64,000 nt of DNA, from NCBI RefSeq assembly GCF_000142905.1, contig NW_013657660.1:1-64000 (forward strand), written 5' to 3'. Below the pieces are notes generated by a model. It did no database searches. It was not told the origin of the DNA and saw only the letters and a list, made by a program, of their open reading frames with translations. Position numbers and translations under genes: made by a program. Position 1 is the first letter of the stretch. Each line of letters starts with the position of its first letter. The DNA is from Thecamonas trahens ATCC 50062 (Eukaryota; Protista; Apusomonadida). Of this stretch, positions 20,817-32,700 are shown one piece after another.

Positions 20817-22973
20817 CTAGCGAGAGCGCTGCAGCCACTCGCTGTACTCTTCCAGCCAGAGCTCACCGTAGACCGCCTCTGCGGCGACAACTGCTCGATG
20901 GCCAAGCGGCAGCGGCGCGAGGCCGAGTCCGGGCCTGCCCGCCACAATGAGCTTGGCGAGATCGGCGTCACCAGAACTTGTGAACGTCACGACCCGGGCG
21001 AGGCTTTCGGCGTCGATCATGGTGCCCGAGGCGGCTGCGAGGAGCGAGTTGAACGATGCTCTCAGGCGGAGAAGGCTCATGACAGCGCGACGGCTGGTCG
21101 CTGCACACGGCAGCTCGGGTGGCGCGGGAGGAAGGAGTCCACCCGCCCAGTAGGTACGGGCGTCGGCCCACGCGACACGCAGCAGGACTCTCCAGAGCGC
21201 ATCGCTCGAACCGACCACCCGGGCGGTGGCTTTCGAGACCGAGGCCACTCGCAGCACGTCAGCAGGCGGCAGAAACGAGAGAAGGTAGCTTAGGACGGCA
21301 TCGGCGAGGTCGGAAAACGAGCTCAGCGGTTGCGGCGGGGCACATGTCGGGTGGGTGGGAGGGCGCGGGCGGCGGAGGAACGGATGACGGAGTGCTAGCC
21401 GCGGCGTGAGCCGCTTGAGCACATCGACTTCAAGAAGCGAAGCGACAAAGGCCTGCGCCACAGCGGTGCGTGGAAGCGGCCACGCCGGGCCGGAGAACGA
21501 GTAATTGCCTGTGGCGATCTGCGAGAACATGAGCCGCTTGGCGCCCGCAAACGGGACGTCGCCCGCAAGGCACCAATATGTCGTCACACCGAGCGACCAC
21601 ATATCGACGGGAAACGAGTAGCCGCGCAGATAGTCAGACGAGCTGCCGCGGCGGCGGGAGAGGACAGGTGCGGCCGGGCTCGCCGCTTGGCTCGAGTTGG
21701 ACGGAATACGGCGGAGGGCCAGCATCTCGGGCGCGGCGTACGCTGGTGTGCCGCACATGGTCATGAGCAAGTCTGCAGACGAACCGAGCTTGACCGCCAT
21801 GCCAAAGTCAGCCAGCTTGATGCGCCAGTGCGGTGAGCATGCAAAGACGAGCATGTTGGTGGCTTTGACGTCGCGGTGGATGATGCGCTTGGTGCGGAGA
21901 TAGCGAAGCGCCTCGACCATTTGCCCGACAACCACAGCGGTGTCGGCAAGCGGGAGGCGCTTGTCCGAGTAGCCCTTGACGACTGCGGCGAGCGAACCGA
22001 GCGGCGCAAGCTCGAGGACGACACAAAACGCGTCGCCGTCCGAGTAGGCATCAAGTACGTTCACAATGTGGGGACAGTCGAGCGCTGCGAGGAGCGTGTG
22101 CTCGAGCTCGATGTCGGGCGGCGGCAAGCCGGTCCGAACCGCGAGCGCCATGGTGGCGTCGTTGAACTTGGTCCGCGACGCAGCCTTGACAGCAACCGCC
22201 GCGCCATCACTCTGCCGCCGCGCCTCGTACACGACCGCAAACGCACCGGCACCGAGCTGGCGCCGCAGCTCGTACCGGGCCGATCCGACACTGGTGCTGG
22301 CGCTGCGAGCGTCGCAACTCTGGTGGCAGGAGAGGCGAACAACGACAACACCGCGCCCGGGAGCCGCGCCTGCGAGCAAAACGAGTGATTTCGGCCCGAT
22401 GACCACCGTCTCGTTCTTGGCCAGCCGTACAGAGTCGACGTATGTCCCATTCGACGATCCGAGGTCGGTGACAGAGACGACGCCCGTCGCCGGGTCGAGC
22501 TCGATGCGCGCGTGACGCCCCGACACCGTTGGCACTGCAGCCAGCGGAACTGAGCACCCGTTGGCGCGTCCAATAACACACGCTCCCTTGGCCTCCAGAT
22601 CCCACTCGATGGCGAGCTGCGAGCTCAACAGGAACCGGATGCAAGTCGGGCGCGCTTCTTTCTCACGGCTCTCCAGCTCGTCCTCGAGCGACTCTGCGAG
22701 CGACGACGCAACCGATGTGTGCGATGATGCTGGCACAATGGCAGGCTGCTGCTGCTGCTGCTGCTGCTGCTGTCGCTGCTGCCGCTGCTGGTCCTCATCG
22801 TCAGATCCAGCCGCAACCGGAGCAGAGACATGCCCCACATGGGTAGAGACACTCTCGCGAGGCTGACCACCGTGCTCAGGGTGCTTGCCGGAAGCCTCGG
22901 GTCGAGCTCGTGCCGCGAGCCGAGGACGAGTGAGAGCGACGAGACGGGCATTCTTTCTACGCATCCCATGCAT
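20817..22973 (-). CDS. FHA-domain Ser/Thr kinase (CHK2/CAMK-like) with C-terminal F-box; start uncertain
   Basis: FHA: IGR, VSGRHA, DLGSSNGTYV; kinase: LGAGAFA, VAVK, HRDVKATN, DFG, GTPAYAAPE; F-box: FSDLADAVLSYLLSFLPPADVLRVASVSK. Confidence 0.85.
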   Translation of the reverse strand: MHGMRRKNARLVALTRPRLAARARPEASGKHPEHGGQPRESVSTHVGHVSAPVAAGSDDEDQQRQQRQQQQQQQQQPAIVPASSHTSVASSLAESLEDELESREKEARPTCIRFLLSSQLAIEWDLEAKGACVIGRANGCSVPLAAVPTVSGRHARIELDPATGVVSVTDLGSSNGTYVDSVRLAKNETVVIGPKSLVLLAGAAPGRGVVVVRLSCHQSCDARSASTSVGSARYELRRQLGAGAFAVVYEARRQSDGAAVAVKAASRTKFNDATMALAVRTGLPPPDIELEHTLLAALDCPHIVNVLDAYSDGDAFCVVLELAPLGSLAAVVKGYSDKRLPLADTAVVVGQMVEALRYLRTKRIIHRDVKATNMLVFACSPHWRIKLADFGMAVKLGSSADLLMTMCGTPAYAAPEMLALRRIPSNSSQAASPAAPVLSRRRGSSSDYLRGYSFPVDMWSLGVTTYWCLAGDVPFAGAKRLMFSQIATGNYSFSGPAWPLPRTAVAQAFVASLLEVDVLKRLTPRLALRHPFLRRPRPPTHPTCAPPQPLSSFSDLADAVLSYLLSFLPPADVLRVASVSKATARVVGSSDALWRVLLRVAWADARTYWAGGLLPPAPPELPCAATSRRAVMSLLRLRASFNSLLAAASGTMIDAESLARVVTFTSSGDADLAKLIVAGRPGLGLAPLPLGHRAVVAAEAVYGELWLEEYSEWLQRSR

Positions 22974-23541
22974 GTTGTATGCCCCAGGAAGGGGATGGGG
23001 TTGAGGTTGGGGCAGGGGGGGGGGTGAGGTGGTGGTGGCCTGTAGTCGGTCTGCGGGGCGTGGCGCACAGGCGACACTCACACAGGTGGCCGGCCATCTA
23101 CACGCGCGCGTACCGCGAACAGCAAGCCTACTCCAATCCAAGCAGAGCTCGTACATGCCGTCCGTACTATTCCGCTCTGTCACAGCTGTAGATCGATAAC
23201 ATCTCTGTAGCCAACTTTCGCTAGCGATCAACGCTGACCTTGCTAGCCTCACTACCTCGTTGCCACCCACATCGACATGGCCAGCCGACCGATGGCAGAC
23301 AACATGCCGTATCTACTTGTCGCTCACAGAGAACAAACCGTAGGCCCACTCGCACTGCCAATCAACAGGCCATGGTCATCGGCAGCCTGGCCGGATCAGA
23401 GGTAGCGTCCGTCGCTGGCAGCAAAACGAGAAGGAGGAAGGCGGCGGGCGACAGGGCAAGCAAGGGCAAGCTCGGCAAGCTCGGCACGCTCGGCAAGCTC
23501 GGCAAGCACCCCACTCTCCAAGGCTACCAAGACAAACGAGG

Positions 23542-25518
23542 ATGTACCGACGGGATGGGATTGGGGCAGTTGCTGTGTGTGTGGCCATGGTGGTTGTGCT
23601 TGGAGTGGTGGGCCGAGGAGCTGCTAGCCCGAGCCTGACCAGCCTCCATGACGCCATGTACACCACTCTCTCGGGCTCTCCTTGTACTCGTCTTCTGACC
23701 ACCTTTGGGACCATTGGCTGTGGCTTTCCAGAGTCTGCAAAGGCTGGTCCGCTCTATCCGCTCACTTCTCAGAAAGAACTGGATGATCTTGCTGCTGCTG
23801 CCGTACCTCATCAAAAGTATGTCATGGTCATGGCGCCGCAGTTCTTCACCAGATCCGTCCTCGCTGCCCTCATTGACTCGCGCATCGTCGCTGGCGTGCT
23901 TGTTCTTCACGGCTCGCCGCCGGTCGATGGCTTTTCGCCCGAGCTCACCTGCCCGCTCGGTCGCATCTCGGCAAAGCTTTCGGGCGAGAGCGCCGCGCCC
24001 GAGTGCGTGGCGTGGAACCCGAGCGGCTCGGGCATGTCGCACCTGGCGTACAACTTTCCCATGTTTGCCCTCTCTGCTCAAGAGTCGGCGACGGTGCTGG
24101 CGCTGGCGCGCGACAACGCCGTCAACGGGTATGCTAGCTACCCGCGGCACGCTGCCGAGCCTAGCGCGTTTATGCAGGGATCCAAGGACACCGAGACCTG
24201 CCTCCGGCGCGGGTACTGCGATCCGGTCGGCGGCGCCTCGGTGTGGGCGACGACGGCACGAGTGGATCCAGCGGATGCACCGGCCCCGAGTGGCCGCTCG
24301 CGGCTTGTGCTCCTCACCACCGCCATGGACGCGACGGCGTTTTTCCACGACTCGGCCCGCGGCGCCGACAACGACGTGTCGGGCCTGGTGGCGCTGCTGA
24401 GCGCGGCTGCCACGCTGCACAACGTCTCGGCGCACTATCCGGGCTCGCTCACGGCCGAGTTTGTGTACGGCGCCTTTACCGCCGAGGCGTGGGGCTACTA
24501 CGGCTCGCGTACCTGGGCCCGCGACGTGGCACGCCCGTTCTACTGCGACAAGCCCGACGGAGCCGGGTGCGACCGGCCGTTTCAGTTTGACACCAGCTTC
24601 ACCAAACTGGACGCGGCCACGATTGCAGGCGTCCTCGACGTGCGGCAAGTCGGCTTTGCCTCGCCGGACGAGCCGCGGCGCGCGTTGTACGCGCACATCC
24701 AGTCAGGCGGCGCTTCTGGCGACGCGTCGGCGGCGCTGCGGACCGAGCTGGAGTCACTGAGCGAGAGTGACGACGCGCCGATCCTGGTCAGGGCCGGCTC
24801 GACGCCCGGCATTCCGGTCTCGACCTCGTTCCTTCCGCCGTCGTCCATTCTGGGCCTGGGCGAGGCTCTTCCTCCGGGCACACCCGCAGTGCACTTGACC
24901 CAGCACCGGGCCGAGTTTGTCAACCGCTACTACAACTCGATGTACGACACAGGCGCGGTGATTGACGAGGCGTACGTGTGCGAGGCGGCAAGCACGCTGG
25001 CACGGTCGGCGTTTGCGCTTGCGTCGGACGATGCTGTTCCGGCGTGGCTCTCCGCCAACTGCACCCTCGTCTCGCAGCTCTTGCACTGCCTCACGGCCGA
25101 CTTTGACTGCGAGCTTGTGCGCTCGGTCATTCCCGCCGCCGGCGCATCCGAGCCGTCGTACTACTCCTCGATCTTCCGCTTCTCGATGGTAACGCCGCTG
25201 GAGAAGTTTGTGCACGACCTCCTTGCCGCGCTCACCACCTTTCCGTCTGCCGACGATGCCGAGCGCCTGCTTCCGCACGCCTACTACCATCCAGCATTCT
25301 CGCCAGGCCTCGCCTTTGACTATAGCGACCTTGTGTGGAAGGTGACTGACTCGTCCGAGGCCAACTACGTCGAGTCGACCTGGATGGTCACCAACTTCCG
25401 CCTCTACAAGCAGGACTCGCCCGTTGTCGAGGGTCTTGTCCTCGCCCTCGGCCTAGTTATCACCAGCGTCGCCTTTGGCATCGTCTACTCCTTCCGGCGG
25501 CTGTTTTTGGATGCGTAA
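23542..25518 (+). CDS. NCSTN: Nicastrin (gamma-secretase subunit)
   Basis: Signal peptide, PCTRLL..IGC, TCLRRGYCDPVGG, AEAWGYYGS, YVESTW, C-terminal TM helix. Confidence 0.92.
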   Translation: MYRRDGIGAVAVCVAMVVVLGVVGRGAASPSLTSLHDAMYTTLSGSPCTRLLTTFGTIGCGFPESAKAGPLYPLTSQKELDDLAAAAVPHQKYVMVMAPQFFTRSVLAALIDSRIVAGVLVLHGSPPVDGFSPELTCPLGRISAKLSGESAAPECVAWNPSGSGMSHLAYNFPMFALSAQESATVLALARDNAVNGYASYPRHAAEPSAFMQGSKDTETCLRRGYCDPVGGASVWATTARVDPADAPAPSGRSRLVLLTTAMDATAFFHDSARGADNDVSGLVALLSAAATLHNVSAHYPGSLTAEFVYGAFTAEAWGYYGSRTWARDVARPFYCDKPDGAGCDRPFQFDTSFTKLDAATIAGVLDVRQVGFASPDEPRRALYAHIQSGGASGDASAALRTELESLSESDDAPILVRAGSTPGIPVSTSFLPPSSILGLGEALPPGTPAVHLTQHRAEFVNRYYNSMYDTGAVIDEAYVCEAASTLARSAFALASDDAVPAWLSANCTLVSQLLHCLTADFDCELVRSVIPAAGASEPSYYSSIFRFSMVTPLEKFVHDLLAALTTFPSADDAERLLPHAYYHPAFSPGLAFDYSDLVWKVTDSSEANYVESTWMVTNFRLYKQDSPVVEGLVLALGLVITSVAFGIVYSFRRLFLDA

Positions 25519-25624
25519 GCCAAGAATCGCTCCACAGTGTAAACACCCCGCCGCCCGCCGCCTGTCACCCACCGCCCACCGCCCCGCGTATCAAACCACT
25601 TGACGCTCAAGCCCCCCCTCAACT

Positions 25625-25924
25625 ATGGCAGCTTTTGGAGACGCACTCAACAACCTCGGCGACATGAAGGACAAGGTCGACGGCGCCGTGACCAAGGTTC
25701 TCGAGGTACGACCACCACCACCACCACCACGATTTACCATACCCCCCCTCCCCTCCCACCCCCCTCCTCCTTCCCCTCCTATGTAGAAGGGAGTGGCCTC
25801 CCAGGTCCGGAAGCTCCCCGGTGGCTCGCTCATTGCTGGCTCTGTCTCCAAGCAGGCCGTGGCCGGTGCCAAGAAGGACCCCAAGAAGGCAGCCAAGCTT
25901 GGGCGGATGCTCGCACGTGGGTGA
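25625..25924 (+). CDS. Small 72-aa Lys/Ala/Gly-rich protein; join(25625..25705,25787..25924)
   Basis: ATG, phase-0 GTACGA..TAG intron with C-rich interior, in-frame TGA; reads MAAFGDALNNLGDMKDKVDGAVTKVLE|KGVASQ..MLARG. Confidence 0.65.
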
Positions 25925-26135
25925 GGACCAAGACAACAATGAGGCACATACGCATCGACTGCACAGCTGATCGCACATGGTGCTTTGATGCTGGTGCTTT
26001 TGATTTGATGCTGGTGCACGAGCCCATCACCTCCTCCCGACTTGGTCTACACTTATCTAAATACCACTCCTCTGCGCCATGTGATGGGTGTGCACGCAAC
26101 AAACCGGTGAGGATGAGTTGGCTTGTTTACTCCCA

Positions 26136-29100
26136 CTAGGCCTGCACAACGCCGATCTTGCGCGCCACCGCGCCGCAGACCTCGCCAGCAACCTTGGCCT
26201 CGCCACACCGGAAGGTGAGCCGGTAGAGTCCGTGCTGGGCAGCGACCTCGACGCGGACGAGGACCGCGGCCTTGACTGCTGTCGAGCACCACATGGCGGC
26301 GGCGACGACGTTGGTCGGCGATGGGTCGACACCCTGAAGGATGCCAAAGTTGAGGGCGGTGAGGGCCTCGCTGACGGCGGCCGGGGACGCCGCCGCGCCG
26401 GCGTGCGGCTTCATGACCACCATCTTCTGTGCATCGGCCGCCACTGCATTCCACTGCCCGAGGAAGCCGGGCCCATCGAGCGGAAGCGGCGCGAGGAACT
26501 TGGACGGGAAGAGCGGGAGCATGAGGAAGAGGTTCTCGCCGTTGTACGCGACCTGGACCACCAGCGGCTTGCTGAACACTCCCGCGGTCTCGACGAGGAA
26601 GATCTGCGCAGCCTGCGATGCGCCAGCCGGCACGCTCGTCAGCGCTTCGGGCACCGACACGTTGAACGACTCGTGCTCGAGCGCGGTCGCCGCAAACGGG
26701 CTCATTGCGCTCCCGGTCAGGTTCATAAAGAAGAGCGTGACCCGCGCGAGGTTGTTCTTGAACTCGCCCTTGTACCCGACCTTGATGTCGGCGTCCTCAA
26801 ACAGGATGCCCACATTGGCAAACTTGAGCGCGCCCACAAAGTCTGGGTTGTCGATGACGAGCTCGCCACCAGTTGCCGCCTTGCCGGTAGCAGCCGGTGC
26901 CGGTGCCGGTGCCGTCGGCTCCGACATCAAGTCGAGCAGCGAGCCCGACGACGGCGGCGGCGCCGAGGTTACCGGAGCCGCGGCCGGCGTGGCCGCCGGC
27001 ACAGCCGCGCCTGCGGCGGCGCCGACCTGTGCGAGCACCGCGTCGAGGTCCTCTTCCTCGGCGGCGTGGGTCGGCCCGCGGTCGGTCTTACCGGCCTCCT
27101 CGAGCTTGCGGGCGTAGATGACCACCGCCGACTCGCGTTCGGGAAAGGCGGGCATGACCTCCCACACCACGTTGAGCAGCGGCTCCTGGGCGGTGGAGAG
27201 GACCATGTACTCGCACGCGCGCTGCTGGATGTCGGCGTCCATCGCCGACCGGTGCTGCTCAAGCACGGCCTCGACGCCGAGCTTGAGCTCCGGGAACAGG
27301 TTGACGAGCTTGGAGTATGCGGTGAGGAGTAGGGCCTTGGTCTTGGAACCAACCATCGAGAACTTGGAGTGCAGCAGGTTGAACATGAGCGTCGGCGACG
27401 AGCCCGGGGCGTCGGCAATAAAGTGTCCATACTCGCCGAGCACGTAGCCGGCAATCTTGACCGCCACCTCGTGCGCCGACGGCGAGCAGAGCTCGTCAAA
27501 GACCCGCTGCGCCGCGTACGGCTGCATGTCCTCGTTGTTGGTCACCACCTGCACCGCACGATACCAGATGTCGTCCGACACATGGTCGCGCCCGGCCGAG
27601 ATCAGCGTCAGCACCGTGTCAAAGTACCAGTTGGGATGCGGCGCGTACTTTTCCGCCAGAATGGCAATCTTGAGCACAAGCTCGTCCTTGATCTCAAACT
27701 CGGCCTCGTCGAGGTAGTCGAGGAGCTCGGTCACAATCTCCTCCGAGTTGGACGAGTCGCACATCGCAAACAGTAGGTCCATCGCCCGCCGCCGGATCGA
27801 GATGTCTGCATCGCGGAGCGACGACATGATCGTCTTCTGATGCCGCCGGATGAGCTCAATCGCGTCGTGGTTGGCCGCCGCAAGGTGCGCCATCTTGGCA
27901 AGTCCCAAGTACCGCGTGTTCGTCACCTTGGACGTCACAAACTTGCCCAGCAAGTTGGCGCACTGGATAATGAGCTCAGGCGCAATGTCGAGGTGGATCA
28001 CAAGGTCCATCGCCTCAAACAGTACGGCCTGGACCGCGTGCACGTGGTTTGGCCGCGCGTCTGTCTCTACACGCGAAAGAATCGCGCCCAGAACCTGTAC
28101 CAGCCGCGCCTGCATGTTGCGGTCTTCCGGCGCCGGATAGTACTGCAGCAGCCGCAGCAGTTTGACCTGCAGCCACGGCGCAGGCACGTCGTAGTAGTAG
28201 TACGCCGGCTTGGCCTCGCCCTGCAGCGCAAGCTTGTCCAGCAGCCAGACGCACTGCCGCACACACCCGGCGTACCCGTCCGGATCGTGCGAGACAAGTG
28301 AGGTGAGCAGCGAGAGCGCCCCGGTCGCCACCCCGAGGTGCCGCGCGTCGAGCAGCCGCGTCAGCGGCTCCGCAACCTCCGACGCAGACAGCATCTCCGG
28401 CCACGCCCGGAACAGCCGCAGCAGGCACAACGCCGCCTTCTTCTTCACCATCGGCGTCGTCTCTGGCGAGAACAGCAGCTCCTGCACCACCGGCGCGAGC
28501 GCCTCCGCCATTTCCTTGCCGCCGATGTTTGCCACCGCCGCCAGCGCCAGGCACGCCGACACGTCATGCGACGACGATTTGCCTGCAGTCAGCAGGTCGT
28601 TGCGGATCGAGTTGATGATGAGCCGCACCAGCTCGCCAGCAGGATCGATGGCCATGACCGCAAACAGATACCCCACTGTCTTCTCCGAGAACTTGCTCCC
28701 AGACAACAGATTGACCGCCTCAATGTGCCCAAAGTCGATGTCGTATCCAGCCTGCGAGATGAAGCAGAGCTTGAGCAGGTACTTTTTGAGCGAGTACGAG
28801 TCCAGCTTCTTCTTGCCTGCGTTGAGGAACTTTGTCCGGATCTTGTGCAGCTCAGCATCCACCCGCTTCTGCTCCTCCTCCTGGCTCTTGCCTACACTCT
28901 CCAGATGCACCACATCCACCATGAGACACGCGACATGCTTTCACATCCTACTGCCTCCCCACTGTCTACGTACACTTCACCCTCTCCCTTCCCCCCAGCC
29001 CCTTCTCCACCTCGGCTCCCTGCCCACCAAAAAAATGACCTGTCCGCCCACACCGCCACCGCTAGCTACCGCCCACACACCCACCGCCTTCCGCCACCCA

Positions 29101-29193
29101 CCGCCAACGCCTCAGCACCACCACCCCACCATGAAACCTACAGTTGCGGATGTCCGCAATGAATGTGGTGAGCCCACGCAGCTGCACTGCCAT
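26136..29193 (-). CDS. AP2A: AP-2 complex subunit alpha; join(29193..29142,28891..26136)
   Basis: Spliced N-terminus MAVQLRGLTTFIADIRNCKSQEEE; VPAPWLQVKLLRLLQYYP; IQQRACEY; VMPAFPERES; appendage domain. Confidence 0.96.
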
Positions 29194-29205
29194 GGCGTGT
29201 GAAGA

Positions 29206-29215
29206 GAGTCACGTG
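29206..29215 (-). promoter_or_regulatory. CACGTGACTC motif ~12 bp upstream of the AP2A ATG, in the AP2A/EPG5 divergent promoter
   Basis: Exact 10-mer repeat. Confidence 0.55.
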
Positions 29216-29731
29216 TCCCTCTGTTCGCTGGAAGGGCGGGCGGCGGTGGGGCGGCGGCTGGCGGCTGGTGGCTGACGGTCGACGACCGGCCGACGACTGG
29301 CCGATGACCATCCCCGCAAAGCTGAGTGCCCATCCGCTGGCCAATCAGCGGCAGTCACACGCAGGATCGCAACACCGTTACAAAGTCACAATAGAGCCAT
29401 CGTCCCCTTGTTGTCGGGCTTGTGTCATGCAGCTCTTGTCAAGCCGGCAACCAGCATGATTGCCTTCTCGGGATCCGAGAAGGAAGGGTGCCTCCTCACA
29501 CACACACACGTACGCGCACATACACACATACTCACATATATCAAAGCTTGATCCCCGCTAATCGCCATCCTCTCAAGATCCCCATGGCGCGATGCCAGCC
29601 ATGACTCAACCCTTCCAGACGACACACTTCTCACACCCGCACGTGCGACGGCTTCCACGGCCTACCCACACCAACATACCGCCACACTCATCTCCCACCA
29701 CCACTCTCTGCCTCACCACATCCTCCTGAGG

Positions 29732-32700
29732 ATGGCCACCCTACAACGCCCACGTCTGTCTCGTACCTCTACGCGTCCACCTGCTGCTGCCACCGACAAC
29801 GAGTCCGAGTACGAGTATGAGTACGAGTTTGCCGCCAACACTCAGGCCAACACTCAGCCCACTACCGCCAGCACCAATCCTCCCCCCATCGCCGCCACCG
29901 CTCCCAATGACGTCGATGACGAAGAAGCTGGGCCGTCTACCATCGCATCTGCTGAAGCTCCGCCTCCGTACTCGCCTGATGACCCTTTGATGGCCGATGA
30001 GCCTCCGGAACATATCGCGCCTCGATTCGAGGACATCTCCATCGGCACTGCCACCGCCGTTGCCTCTGCTCCGACTGCCGAGCTTGCGCCTCCCTACTCG
30101 GTTGATCCCGAGGGCCAGCACGTCCCACAAACGCCGATGCTGTATCCGGCGCTTGATGATCTTGCCCCGACTGCCGTCTACACCACCATTGTCGAGCCGC
30201 TGCCAGACTCGCCGACAGCCGCCACTGCCCGCCCGACGCAGACTCGCTTGTCTTTTCCTCTGTCACCGAGCAGCGTGCCTGGCTCCAGGCACAGAAGCAG
30301 GCTGACAAGGCGGCCATGGGCGAGCCGGCGCTGGTGACCGCCGCTGCCGCAGTCTCGGCATCAGCTGCCACGTCGGTTCTTCCACTCGAGGCCGCTGCAG
30401 GGCCGACGCTTGCCGAACTGCTGGACACTCCGCTTGCGCCGTACGTCTCGCCGTTTCTCGACGGCAGTCAGAACTCGCTCGCTCCGCTTCCCAGCCCGGA
30501 CCCTGACTTTGCCGCACTCGTCGACGAGTACTTTGCCGCCGCGCTCGCTGCTGAGGCCTCGTGGTCTGCCATCGAAGCATACAAGGCCGAGCTGCGGACC
30601 AAGGCCAATGCAGTGTGGACAACCTCGTCACTCACTGTCTCACCACAGGCTCGCTGCGGCGACGGCAAGCTTCTCACCACCTCGTTCACCTACGACCGCG
30701 CGGACTACTCGCACGAGGCCGCGTCGGCCGTCGCCACCGACTTGGCTGCCCTACGCGCCGAGTGGAGCACCTCGCTCAACCTGGCCATCTTCAAGCTCTC
30801 ACTCACCTCGATGCGCGTCGATGTGTGCGTCACCCGCGCCCTTGCTGCCGCCGCCGACCAGGCCGCCGTGCCTCCCCACTCCCCGCCGGCGCTCCTCGAC
30901 TCGTCGCCGCTCCCGCACGCCCTTCGCTCCCGCCTCCTCGCCATGCTCTCTGTTCTCTTCTCATACGAGCAAAAGGCGCTTGGCAAGGTCGGCACCTATA
31001 CCGCCCAGCTCTCGGACACCCTCCGGTCGTGGATCCTTGCCATCGGCGGTATGCTCCTTCGCGTCGGCGACGTCGGCATCCACTCGGCCCTCCTCGAGAT
31101 GCTGCTGCGATGCCGCGGAGTGGCAGACTGGGGTGTTGTCCTTCTGCAGTTTCCTCCGCTTCCATGGAACGACGCCATCCTCCACCACTTTGTGGCCACT
31201 CTCACCCGCCTCCTCAACCCGGTCGTCGCCGATGCCGAGGCCCGCCCTGTTCTCTCCGAGAGCGATTTTCTCGCTCTCCTCGAGCAGATGCCGTTTGGCA
31301 ACCTCTTCTGTCACCTCATGTTTGCCGCGCGCCACCTCGACTTTCCCTCGTACACCGAGCATGTCTTTGCACTCTCTACCTTTCTCCTCGACACCACCTG
31401 CTCCTCGCTCGCCGCCCTCGCCGAGTATCCCTCGCTCGGCGCCCGCCTCGGCGCCATCCTCGTCGCACTTGTCAAGTTCTGGGAAGTCTACTCGGTCGTC
31501 GCCGCGAGTTCGAGCCTTTGGTCGCCGCGGCTCACCTCGCACCTCGATCGTTTCTACCTCCTCACTCTCCACCGCGTCCTTGCCACACCCGGCTCGCGTG
31601 CCCGTCGCTTTCTCCCGCTCCTTCCGGCCGTCGAGCTTTCGCAGACCACCGCTTGGCACGCCTTTCTTGTCCTCTACCTCGAGCTTGATCCAAGTCACAT
31701 GAGCCTTGTCGCCAACATCTCGTCGCACGGCCAGTGGCTCGCCGCCTTAGATGCATACCCTGAGCTGCGCGCCACTTTTATGCGAAGCTTTGACACCGAG
31801 GACGAGCTCAACTCGTCACGCGCCGTCTTTACCCTCGCCGCCGTCGGCGCCCTTGCCAAGCGGCCCGACCACCCCGTTCTCACGTCCATCGTCGTCACCG
31901 AGCTCTTCCACGTTGCCTACCTTCACCCTCCCACCCGCGACGTCCTCCACAAGCCGGTCCGTGGCATTCTCAGCGAAATCGCTTTTGTTCACCCGCACAC
32001 CGTTCTCCCGTCTCTTCTAGCTGCCATCGCCACTCATCTCTCGGCGCTCGGGCCCATGGCGCTGAGCCTGGTCCGCGGCCTACCGCTTGGCGCCTGGTCC
32101 TCGTTTGACCTCTCGCATCTCGCGCATCTCGAGCCGTGGCTCCTCGACGCGCCCGTCGACTCGGTCCGCTTCCGTCTCGCAGCCGCCATTCTCGAGAACC
32201 TGCCCTGGGGCTTTGCTCGCGAGCCGGACACCCGCGTCCGTACTCCTATTCTCCCATTCGCGCTCCACCGAGCCGCCGGCCTCCTCGCGTTTCAGCTCTA
32301 CGCATCCCACGTCCTCACTTCGCGCTCCGGCCCACTCAAGTCAACCAAGGCATCGCGCGCTGCTGTCGAGGCCTTTGTTCTCCGATTCATCTCGTGCCTT
32401 GCTCTCTTTGTCGACACTGACATCGATCCCAGCCTACATTTTCTGGAGCCGTCGCTCACCCCGCGCCTCGAGTGGACCGGTGACATCAAGTCCAACGCCG
32501 ACGCGGCAGCCCCGATCCGGAACATGGCCCTCTTTCTCTTTACTGGCTCGGGCGCCTCGTCGGCCGCCTTTGCCAACGGCGGCCTCGAGTTTATCCATGC
32601 CGTTGCCAACGCCCACTATCCGGGCTCGGTCCTCCGCCTCCTCTTCACCGTCCTTCCCAGGTCGGCGTCAGCAGCTGGCCGCCGCACTCGCTCTCGCTCC

